Virus record (IMG/VR): IMGVR_UViG_3300005239_000039
Coordinates: 17,625-81,624 of that record
Source: a virus
Lineage: Duplodnaviria; Caudoviricetes
Direction: 5' to 3' (one strand)
Length of the DNA stretch: 64,000 nt
Positions 56,184 through 64,000 of the stretch are shown here, one piece after another (within the stretch, counting starts at the first letter, position 1; every line of letters begins with the position of its first letter). The notes beneath the pieces were generated by a model. That model was not told the DNA's origin and did not search any database. It worked only from the letters and a program-made list of their open reading frames with translations. The position numbers were made by a program, and so were the translations under genes.

Positions 56184-57467
56184 ATGAATAGAACTTTTTT
56201 TGAAGATCTACCCGCAAGAAAGGTGGGAGGCCCTGTAGTATCTGCTGGTGGTCCCGAAAAACCCGCTGCTAAAAGTGATGCCGCTTCAGATGAAGGTGGT
56301 AATACTGAAGAAAAATCTGCTAAAAAGATTCGTCAGGCTGTATACGATATTAGATATCGTGCTCGTAGAGAGGGTGTTGATATAAAAGCGGCATATGGCC
56401 AATACATGGGTAACACAACTATGACTGGTCCTGAAAAGGATGCTGTCAAGCAGAAATTATTTGGTGAGGCATACAGTCCTATTCAAAAACAAATTATTGC
56501 AAACAAAGAAGAAACTATTAAAAAGATCAAGGGTACTTTTGAAGGACCTAATCACGATAAAAATAAGTACGGTGAACCTGTAGAAGAAGAAGTCAAAGGC
56601 GAAGGTAGTAATAAGAAATTTAAGGTACGTGTAACGGATAAAACAAGTGGTAGAACTTATGTTCGTTTTGCCGATAGAGAAAAAATCGGATCACTTCGTG
56701 CCAATCCAAATATCAAATCTGTTGAAATGACAGAATATGGATCACCTTATGAAGGTGAGGCTAAGAAAGGTGAACAAACTGCTGATACGAAATCTGGTAA
56801 AGGTCTAGATCCAGTTGGTAAGGAAGATGGTGATGTTGATAATGATGGTGATAAGGATAAGTCAGATAAGTATCTTCTAAATCGTCGTAGTAAAGTTAGT
56901 GCGGCAATCGCTAAGAATGAAGAAGTTGAGCAAGTTGATGAAGTTATTGGTGGTAAACCTGGAGACGGATATATTGGTCATCCCAATCTAGATATTAAAA
57001 ATCCACTTGCTAAGAAACAAGTTAAGAGTCCCACTGGTAATACTGGACTTGCTGGCAAACTTGGTGATAGAAAGATGAGGATTGATAAGATGACTAATCA
57101 AATGCTCAAGCAATCTGTCGAGCATGAAGGTGAACAGATTCATGAATTGCTAGGACCTGAAGCTGCAGGAAAGGCAGATAGGTTCATGAAGAAAGTTCAA
57201 GGTGGTATGGAGCGAATGGGTATCAAGATCAATCGTGTAGAGAAGGGCACTGCTCGTCCATCTGCTAAAACTAAAGATACTATTCGTCAGAATAAGCAGA
57301 GTAACGAAGAGTTTACTTATAGAGAAGTCTCTAAGTTCAACAACTGGAGAGAAGAATTTATATATGAAATGGGTGATGAAATGGACTCTGACACTGAATA
57401 TAAAGTAAAGGAAAAGAAAGTCAAAAATAAAGTAATTATCAATCCTAAGCAAGGTGGGCAATCCTAA
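56184..57467 (+). CDS. Modular charged protein; putative capsid-internal protein
   Basis: 427 aa with many EE or xxE boundaries and a DxDxDG loop. Confidence 0.7.
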   Translation: MNRTFFEDLPARKVGGPVVSAGGPEKPAAKSDAASDEGGNTEEKSAKKIRQAVYDIRYRARREGVDIKAAYGQYMGNTTMTGPEKDAVKQKLFGEAYSPIQKQIIANKEETIKKIKGTFEGPNHDKNKYGEPVEEEVKGEGSNKKFKVRVTDKTSGRTYVRFADREKIGSLRANPNIKSVEMTEYGSPYEGEAKKGEQTADTKSGKGLDPVGKEDGDVDNDGDKDKSDKYLLNRRSKVSAAIAKNEEVEQVDEVIGGKPGDGYIGHPNLDIKNPLAKKQVKSPTGNTGLAGKLGDRKMRIDKMTNQMLKQSVEHEGEQIHELLGPEAAGKADRFMKKVQGGMERMGIKINRVEKGTARPSAKTKDTIRQNKQSNEEFTYREVSKFNNWREEFIYEMGDEMDSDTEYKVKEKKVKNKVIINPKQGGQS

Positions 57468-57514
57468 TAAAATATAAATTGGACTATATATTGATAGTCC
57501 TATGACATGAAACA

Positions 57515-57712
57515 ATGTTGTCTTTTCTACTCCCACTAGCATCCAAAATTATTACGGATGCTGTTAATAAAATTCCAGACAATGAAGAACTTGGTGAGAA
57601 GATGGTTGAGATCTGTCTTGTTATTCTTGCTAAAGCAGTTAAGTTGACCAAGACTGATATGGATGATCAACTTTTGGAAGTTGTAACCAAGTCAATTAAG
57701 ACTCGCGAATGA
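57515..57712 (+). CDS. Conserved small hypothetical protein
   Basis: 65 aa, amphipathic, KTDMDDQLL. Confidence 0.75.
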   Translation: MLSFLLPLASKIITDAVNKIPDNEELGEKMVEICLVILAKAVKLTKTDMDDQLLEVVTKSIKTRE

Positions 57713-57719
57713 ATAGAAA

Positions 57720-57750
57720 GGGAGACTCTAATCAAGGGTCTCCCTTTTTT
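57720..57750 (+). terminator. Intrinsic terminator
   Basis: GGGAGAC / GTCTCCC stem plus T6. Confidence 0.8.
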
Positions 57751-57757
57751 ATAAATA
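57750..57757 (+). promoter_or_regulatory. Late promoter TATAAATA
   Basis: Exact consensus starting in the terminator T run. Confidence 0.8.
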
Positions 57758-57791
57758 TCTTTATACTAAAGTTTAATGTAGGTGTAAACAC

Positions 57792-58814
57792 ATGGCTCTT
57801 TGGGGAAATAACGATAACATCACCCATAAGGCGGCAGGCACGGTCACTCTGACGTACAACACTGGAGCCGTGGTTGGTTCGGGTACAAGTTTTGGCGTGA
57901 CTGGATTCGCTCAGGAAGGAGATATCATCCGATTTGGGTATAGAGGCGAAGATGGCGTCTATTTTGGTGATGCTGTAATTAAGACAATTACTAATGCAAC
58001 TAATCTAACTATTGGTTCAACTGCTGGTTTGAGTGGTGTAGCTATTGCAGGAACCACTTTTTATATTTCACAGTTGCCTAAGTCTACTGTTCTTGACCAT
58101 ACTTATAGTAATAAGCACGACACTGCTGCTTCCTATCAGCAGTTTAGAGTCAGAGAAGCACTAGAAGATGCTGCTATCAATACTAAGGATCTAGGTATTG
58201 ATGCCACTGACCTTGGAGTCAATGATGCTGTTGAAAACGGTGGAACTGATCTAATCATCACTGGAATTGGCACTGCATTTAGAACAGTTGCTGCCAACAA
58301 TGCTGCTGGAATCGGTACTGATATTGTATTCATTACTGGCGGTGCTCCTTCTGGTATCTTTGCTAACAGTGGAGACACTATTCTAGCAACAACTGGTGGT
58401 TCTGCTGCTGAAGTTGCAATTCTATCAATTGGAGCAACTTCTGTATCCTTAGCATCAACAATTTCTTCTGCTATTAGTGCAGGAACTGCAGTGAAATTCA
58501 CCAGCAATTCTAACCGTATGGTCAGTTTTGCTTCTACCATTCTCTCTGCAGTTTCAGTTGGCGATAGAATCATCGTCAAGAGACTTAAAGGTGGTTATGA
58601 CAGGCAGGTTTATGGTATCGATGAGGCCCTAACTATTGGTGGTCAGGAATCTGCAGATGTCAATAAGAAGTATACTGCTCCTGGATCTGGATGGGTTGGT
58701 GTTACAACTTACATCGACTGTCATGGTGAACTAAGAGTTAAGAAAGAGATTCTCGTTGCTATGTCTGGTATTACCACTGGAGCAAATGGTATTCTCTATC
58801 CTACGCCTCAGTAA
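57792..58814 (+). CDS. Virion structural protein (MALWG... family)
   Basis: MALWGNND N-term, GWVGVTTYIDCHGELRVK.EILVAMSGI C-term, G/T/A-rich beta composition. Confidence 0.7.
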   Translation: MALWGNNDNITHKAAGTVTLTYNTGAVVGSGTSFGVTGFAQEGDIIRFGYRGEDGVYFGDAVIKTITNATNLTIGSTAGLSGVAIAGTTFYISQLPKSTVLDHTYSNKHDTAASYQQFRVREALEDAAINTKDLGIDATDLGVNDAVENGGTDLIITGIGTAFRTVAANNAAGIGTDIVFITGGAPSGIFANSGDTILATTGGSAAEVAILSIGATSVSLASTISSAISAGTAVKFTSNSNRMVSFASTILSAVSVGDRIIVKRLKGGYDRQVYGIDEALTIGGQESADVNKKYTAPGSGWVGVTTYIDCHGELRVKKEILVAMSGITTGANGILYPTPQ

Positions 58815-58829
58815 TTAATCTGGTGATAA

Positions 58830-59201
58830 ATGAAGTTTTCCGAATTGAATGATAAAAATTATCTCTTGTTTGCAATTAAGTATTATGATAGTCCTCAGGC
58901 AGTAACTGAGGACGACTTCTATGATGATTTAAAGCGATTCAAATATGTAAAGAGATTACTAAAAAGGTATGAGTCAACTGGTATTTTAAAGACCAATTTG
59001 ATACTCAATCACCTTTTAATTCTTTTTAATGTTTTTGGAGAGGCAACAGTTCCTCTGTTATTTTATAAATTAGAAACAGAATTGTGGCCTTGTGCTAAAA
59101 CTTTTTTAGTATTTTTAAATCGTTTTCATGAATATCCAAAGTCAACTTTGACAGATATTTTAATCGACGATGAATGCCTTGAAATTTTGAATAAAGTATA
59201 A
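58830..59201 (+). CDS. Conserved T4-like hypothetical protein
   Basis: LFAIKYYD.P, FYDDLKRFKYVKRL, LILNHL..L.NVFG. Confidence 0.8.
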   Translation: MKFSELNDKNYLLFAIKYYDSPQAVTEDDFYDDLKRFKYVKRLLKRYESTGILKTNLILNHLLILFNVFGEATVPLLFYKLETELWPCAKTFLVFLNRFHEYPKSTLTDILIDDECLEILNKV

Positions 59202-59827
59202 TGAAAAGTATTACAACAATAAAATTATGTTACATTGGAGTTCCTCATGTATATGAGGATTTAATTCCTGGTAATTTTTATGAAATGTATAGAGAATTAG
59301 ATGATCATTATGTATTAGAGGATAGTGATAATCGATATGATAAAAAACATTTCTTCAAAGATTCTGAAGATTGTTTATCGGATTATGATCTTTCGCATTG
59401 GGAAGAATTTTATGGTAACTGGATTATTCCAGAACTTTCACCAAAATATCTTGGTATTAGATTAAGGAGAATTACTCCTTTATTGACTGATGATAGAATT
59501 CAAGAGATAGATATAAATACTATTCAGTGGATGGGATTTGATCTTCCCAGTAGATTAAGGGGTGAAAATTGTATTTGTTGTGACGGAAAAAGAACCCGAG
59601 AAGCTGATTTAAGTAAATTGGGTCTTTTACTTGACGGAACTACAACTTATAGTGGTAGAAGATATCGTAGTATGGATGGCAAACACAGAATAGAAAAAGC
59701 AATTTTGAAAGGTCATACATCATTTAAATTTTATGTTTTTCATATAGATGAAATAAGAGATTATTTTTCTGATTACCCTAATATGATGAACTATTTGCCC
59801 GAAGATCAACCCATGGAGAATGATTAA
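59201..59827 (+). CDS. ParB/Srx N-terminal-like domain protein
   Basis: YRSMDGKHRIEKA matches the ParB-like DGxHR motif. Confidence 0.55.
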   Translation: MKSITTIKLCYIGVPHVYEDLIPGNFYEMYRELDDHYVLEDSDNRYDKKHFFKDSEDCLSDYDLSHWEEFYGNWIIPELSPKYLGIRLRRITPLLTDDRIQEIDINTIQWMGFDLPSRLRGENCICCDGKRTREADLSKLGLLLDGTTTYSGRRYRSMDGKHRIEKAILKGHTSFKFYVFHIDEIRDYFSDYPNMMNYLPEDQPMEND

Positions 59828-60076
59828 ATGTCTAAATACTTAGAAAGAATAATTGATACTTTTCGCGAAGATATGTCACTTGGCGGTGGCGGTGGGGCAA
59901 TGTATAGAGGATCTGAGAAATCAAACTCTGGATCTCCTACAGCTGGTTATGACCCCGTTCTTGAATTTGATGGGAGAAAGAAAAAGTACAAGACTCTTAG
60001 TAAATTTTATCAGGACTCAATAAGACAACTCAAACATGGAAGAAAACATGGAGAGCTATCAAAATCAAAATCTTAA
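59828..60076 (+). CDS. Hypothetical protein
   Basis: 82 aa, Gly-rich, AGYDPVL. Confidence 0.65.
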   Translation: MSKYLERIIDTFREDMSLGGGGGAMYRGSEKSNSGSPTAGYDPVLEFDGRKKKYKTLSKFYQDSIRQLKHGRKHGELSKSKS

Positions 60077-60503
60077 TACTGCTATAATTGAAAGGTTAGA
60101 AAAAGTAGTTGATTCCCTCCAGGATAATTCTATCCAGATGGGCAAACTTCTTGCTGTTCATAATGAGAAACTAGATAATCAGGATCAAGTAGATAATATT
60201 CTCTTTGAAAAATTAGATAGATTATCTGCAGATCTCAATAGAGAGACTGCTGCGATTAAGCAGGGATGTGAAAGAGACATTCGTCTTGTCGATGATAGGT
60301 TGAGGACTCTAGAGAAGAAAATGTGGAGCATTGCAGGAGCACTAGCAGTGATTAGTGTCACCATCTCCCCTCTAGGTCAAAGAATAATGGCAAGTTTCTT
60401 GACATCAGACGCACAAAAGAGTATGATACCTGGAGAATCCTTATTATCTTATGGACCTGATAGACAGCAAATTCATCGGGCTCATTTCTTCAAGATTATC
60501 TAA
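60036..60503 (+). CDS. Coiled-coil protein with C-terminal hydrophobic segment
   Basis: Heptads followed by MWSIAGALAVISVTIS. Confidence 0.7.
   Translation: MEENMESYQNQNLNTAIIERLEKVVDSLQDNSIQMGKLLAVHNEKLDNQDQVDNILFEKLDRLSADLNRETAAIKQGCERDIRLVDDRLRTLEKKMWSIAGALAVISVTISPLGQRIMASFLTSDAQKSMIPGESLLSYGPDRQQIHRAHFFKII
60399..60427 (+). promoter_or_regulatory. sigma70-type promoter TTGACA-N17-TATGAT for g61-nrdAB
   Basis: Embedded in the upstream CDS, 23 nt before the primase ATG. Confidence 0.75.
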
Positions 60504-61416
60504 GTTTAAAAAGGTAAAGACAGACTTATATAATTTTCGATGTCCGATCTGTGGAGATTCTAAGAAGAATAAGAATAAAGCTAGAGCATACATTTATGCC
60601 ATAAAGAATAATGCAAACTTTAAGTGCCACAACTGTGGTTCTAGTTTGTCATTCAATAATTTTCTTAAGGATCAAGATCCACAACTCCATAGACAATATA
60701 AACTAGAAAAGTTTAAGAGTGGTTTTACTGGAAAAAACTTTGTAGTCGAAAAACCTGACTTCGTTTTTGAAAAACCTAAGTTTGTACAGAGGATCGTTCT
60801 TCCTCTATGTAATGAGAATGAGATTGCTAGAAGGTATCTTCAGAACCGCAATCTTGATCCCATGAAATTTTACTATGCAGAAAACTTTGACGAGTTTGTG
60901 CATACGTTTAAAGGATTAGATCACGGTTATGTGGGTAAAGAGTCTAGAATAATCATCCCTTTATACTACGAAAAAAATCTTATTGGATTCCAGGGCAGGG
61001 CTCTAGATTCTAAATCTATTAAATATATAACCATCATGCTTCAGGAAGGAGTACCAAAAATATATGGACTTGACCAGATTGACACCACAAAAGAAGTTTA
61101 TGTCACAGAAGGACCATTCGACAGTCATTTCATTACCAACTCTATTGCTATGTGTGGTAGCGATGTTGACCTTAGCACTTTCGATTATCAGTTCACATAC
61201 GTCTTCGACAACGAACCAAGAAACAGAGAGATTGTTAATAGAGTCTCCAAACTTATCAATAGAAAGGAGACGGTAGTTATTTGGCCTAACAATATTGAGG
61301 AAAAGGATATAAATGATATGGTTCTTGCTGGACATGATGTTCAGAGTCTGGTAGAATCAAATACATATTCTGGTCTAGAAGCACAACTTAAATTCAACAC
61401 TTGGAAAAAAATATGA
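60451..61416 (+). CDS. g61: DNA primase gp61
   Basis: Zn finger CPICGDS...CHNC, QGRAL, TOPRIM VTEGPFD, FDNE, KDINDM. Confidence 0.95.
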   Translation: MDLIDSKFIGLISSRLSKFKKVKTDLYNFRCPICGDSKKNKNKARAYIYAIKNNANFKCHNCGSSLSFNNFLKDQDPQLHRQYKLEKFKSGFTGKNFVVEKPDFVFEKPKFVQRIVLPLCNENEIARRYLQNRNLDPMKFYYAENFDEFVHTFKGLDHGYVGKESRIIIPLYYEKNLIGFQGRALDSKSIKYITIMLQEGVPKIYGLDQIDTTKEVYVTEGPFDSHFITNSIAMCGSDVDLSTFDYQFTYVFDNEPRNREIVNRVSKLINRKETVVIWPNNIEEKDINDMVLAGHDVQSLVESNTYSGLEAQLKFNTWKKI

Positions 61417-63710
61417 GCAACGGGATTAAAGTCAAAAAAAGAAATGGTTCGATTGAACTAATCAATTTAGAAAAAATGCACATCATGGTTGATGAGGCAT
61501 GTAAAGGATTGTCTGGTGTTTCTGCATCTCAAGTAGAAATTCAATCAGGTATTCAATTCTATGATGGTATTACCACCCCAGAAATTCAGGAAATTTTAAT
61601 TAGATCGGCTTCAGACCTTATTGACTTGGATTGTCCAAATTATCAATTTGTTGCTGCTCGTCTTCTTTTGTTTTCCATTCGTAAGCAGATCTTTGGAAAG
61701 ATGAGAGATCTGCCGAATCTTTATACTCACATAGAAAAGTGCGTAGGGCAGGGAGTGTACGATGCAGAAATCCTAGATAATTATACTCATGAAGAAATTG
61801 AAAAAGTTCAAACTTGGATTGATCATGAAAGAGATTTCTTGTTTACATATGCTGGCCTTCGCCAAGTAGTTGACAAATATCTAGTGCAGGATAGAAGCAC
61901 TGGAGGTGTATATGAATCTCCTCAGTTCATGTATATTATGATTGCACTTACTATTTTTTCAGAGTACCCCAAAGAGACTAGATTAAATTATGTCAAAAGA
62001 TACTACGACGCAATCTCAAAGCACAAAATCAACATTCCCACACCTATCATGGCGGGGGTTAGAACTCCACTTCGACAGTTTGCTAGCTGTGTTCTTGTTG
62101 ATGTCGATGACACCCTCGATAGTATCTTTTCTAGTGACATGGCGATTGGTCGATATGTTGCTCAACGTGCGGGAATCGGCATCAACGCAGGTAGAATCCG
62201 TGGGATCAACAGTAAAATCAGAGATGGAGAAGTACAACACACAGGTGTTGTACCATTTCTTAAAAAGTTTGAATCAACTGTCAGGTGCTGTACACAAAAT
62301 GGAATACGAGGTGGCTCAGCGACTGTCCACTTCCCAATCTGGCACCAAGAAATAGAAGACATTATTGTTCTCAAGAACAATAAAGGAACCGAAGACAATC
62401 GAGTGAGGAAACTTGACTACTCAATCCAAATTTCAAAACTTTTCTACGAACGTTTCATACAGAATGGAGAAATTAGCTTGTTCTCACCGCATGACGTACC
62501 AGGTCTCTATGATGCTTTTGGTACTGATGACTTTGACACTCTATATCGGATGCATGAACTCAATGATGCTGTTCCAAGAAAGGTTGTCGGGGCACAGGAA
62601 CTATTCCTAAACATTCTTAAGGAGAGAGCAGAGACTGGTCGTTTGTATATCATGAACATTGACCACTGCAATACACATTCATCATTCCTGGACAAGGTGA
62701 ATATGTCTAATCTCTGTCAAGAGATTACTCTTCCCACAGATCCTCTTCAGCATATTGATGGCAAAGGAGAAATTGCTTTGTGTATTCTCTCTGCCGTTAA
62801 TGTTGGTAAAGTTCGCACTGATGATGAGTTGGAAGATCTATGTGATCTTTCGGTTCGTAGTCTTGAAGAACTGATTGATTATCAGAAGTATCCTATCATT
62901 GCTGCTGAAGTAGCCACAAAGGCACGTAGATCCCTTGGAGTTGGTTATATCGGTCTTGCACATTACCTTGCCAAACTTGGATTCAAGTATGACTCACAGG
63001 AGGCGTGGGACGCTGTTCATGGACTGTCAGAATCATTCCAATATTACCTTCTAAAAGCATCAAATCAACTTGCCAAAGAGAAGGGTGCATGTGAATATTT
63101 CCATAGGACTAAATATGCAAATGGTATCTTGCCAATTGACACTTACAAACAAGATGTAAACGAGATTACTAGTATTGATTATGAGCATGATTGGGAATCT
63201 CTTAGGACATCTATCACTACCTACGGACTACGGCACTCAACATTGTCAGCACAAATGCCTTCGGAGAGCAGTTCCGTTGTGTCAAATGCGACTAACGGAA
63301 TCGAGCCTCCTAGAGGATATTTGTCCATTAAAAAATCAAAGAAAGGGCCTCTTAAGCAAATTGTTCCTGGGTTCAACACATTAAAAAATAATTATACTTT
63401 GTTATGGGACATGAAATCTAACGATGGATATGTTAAAATAGTCGCAGTGATGCAAAAATTCTTTGATCAAGCCATCAGTGGGAACTGGAGTTATAATCCA
63501 CAAAATTATCCCGATAATGAAGTACCTGTATCAGTCATGGCAAATGACCTATTGACTACATATAAGTACGGGTGGAAAACATCTTACTATCAAAATACTT
63601 ATGATAATAAGACTGATGAAGTTGATGATAGAGATGATAAAATTGACAAATTAAATTCACTAATTCAAGAAATAGAAGAGGAGGAAGACTGTGAGTCTTG
63701 TACAATTTAA
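61413..63710 (+). CDS. nrdA: Ribonucleotide reductase class Ia alpha subunit
   Basis: ATP cone VKKRNG, SCV, SNLCQEI, SAQMPSESSS, C-term CESC. Confidence 0.97.
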   Translation: MSNGIKVKKRNGSIELINLEKMHIMVDEACKGLSGVSASQVEIQSGIQFYDGITTPEIQEILIRSASDLIDLDCPNYQFVAARLLLFSIRKQIFGKMRDLPNLYTHIEKCVGQGVYDAEILDNYTHEEIEKVQTWIDHERDFLFTYAGLRQVVDKYLVQDRSTGGVYESPQFMYIMIALTIFSEYPKETRLNYVKRYYDAISKHKINIPTPIMAGVRTPLRQFASCVLVDVDDTLDSIFSSDMAIGRYVAQRAGIGINAGRIRGINSKIRDGEVQHTGVVPFLKKFESTVRCCTQNGIRGGSATVHFPIWHQEIEDIIVLKNNKGTEDNRVRKLDYSIQISKLFYERFIQNGEISLFSPHDVPGLYDAFGTDDFDTLYRMHELNDAVPRKVVGAQELFLNILKERAETGRLYIMNIDHCNTHSSFLDKVNMSNLCQEITLPTDPLQHIDGKGEIALCILSAVNVGKVRTDDELEDLCDLSVRSLEELIDYQKYPIIAAEVATKARRSLGVGYIGLAHYLAKLGFKYDSQEAWDAVHGLSESFQYYLLKASNQLAKEKGACEYFHRTKYANGILPIDTYKQDVNEITSIDYEHDWESLRTSITTYGLRHSTLSAQMPSESSSVVSNATNGIEPPRGYLSIKKSKKGPLKQIVPGFNTLKNNYTLLWDMKSNDGYVKIVAVMQKFFDQAISGNWSYNPQNYPDNEVPVSVMANDLLTTYKYGWKTSYYQNTYDNKTDEVDDRDDKIDKLNSLIQEIEEEEDCESCTI

Positions 63711-64000
63711 GACCAATGATTCATCAAAATATAATAAGAAGGTAGATTCAATTACAGTTTTCAATTCTCAACCCGTAAACACCTTAAAACAACCAATGTT
63801 TTTTGGTGCTCCACTAGGAGTTCAAAGATATGATTCTTATAAGTATCCTGTCTTTGATAAATTAACCACCCAACAACTGGGGTATTTCTGGCGTCCTGAG
63901 GAGGTTTCCCTCCAAAAGGATCGTGCAGATTATCAAACCCTACGTCCAGAGCAAAAGCACATCTTTACTTCCAATTTGAAGTATCAAGTCATGCTAGACT
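63691..64000 (+). CDS. nrdB: Ribonucleotide reductase class Ia beta subunit (partial, runs off the window)
   Basis: GTG start after GAGGAGG. QPMFFGAPLGVQRYDSYKYPVFDKLT..QLGYFWRPEEV. Confidence 0.92.
   Translation, partial: MSLVQFKTNDSSKYNKKVDSITVFNSQPVNTLKQPMFFGAPLGVQRYDSYKYPVFDKLTTQQLGYFWRPEEVSLQKDRADYQTLRPEQKHIFTSNLKYQVMLD

Noticed and set aside
57473-57500. GGACTAT/ATAGTCC hairpin after TATAAATT as a T4 gene e-type translational switch
   Set aside because: The hairpin does not cover the start codon or an SD, and the promoter match is imperfect. Insufficient support.
16554-63710. Inteins or group I introns in g17, g20, g23, g43, g41 or nrdA
   Set aside because: The ORFs are uninterrupted and of typical length, with no intein or LAGLIDADG motifs noticed.
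1-64000. tRNA genes, CRISPR arrays, rRNA, IS elements
   Set aside because: None seen by eye. Intergenic gaps are short and lack T-loop/cloverleaf or repeat-spacer patterns. A tRNAscan run would be the definitive check.

Overview
This window is a 64-kb segment of a T4-like cyanomyophage genome (Kyanoviridae-type, probably a Synechococcus/Prochlorococcus host). Essentially all genes are on the + strand. Gene order: baseplate and neck (g8, DUF4815/VrlC-like, g13-g15); packaging (g16, three inserted genes, g17); tail and head (g18-g23); g3-uvsY-uvsW; late sigma g55; g47/g46; an accessory block (purS, glutaredoxin-like, VWA-peptidase plus MoxR/CobS ATPase, 2OG-Fe(II) oxygenases); replication (g45, g44, DUF4338-like, g62, regA, hsp20, g43, uvsX, g41, mazG); a late block (PD-(D/E)XK-like protein, HIGH-family nucleotidyltransferase, modular proteins); then g61, nrdA and the start of nrdB. 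Four genes are broken by about 10 single-base deletions in short base runs, including the essential g46 and g44. These are most likely sequencing errors, and each gene restores to a plausible full length. The most interesting signal is a set of late proteins carrying a T4 capsid-targeting-like decapeptide (MKxFxxF[IM]xE) and EE-type protease sites. The set includes a polyprotein of Cys-paired basic peptides and a nucleotidyltransferase, which suggests a capsid-loaded, injected cargo system. Other candidates: back-to-back divergent sigma70 promoters at g55, CAGTT-N4-AACTG palindromes at promoters lacking a -35 box, a DUF4338/Mom-like gene inside the clamp-loader operon, and several structured RNA or operator elements around hsp20. 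Family assignments come from remembered motifs and synteny, not from database searches.
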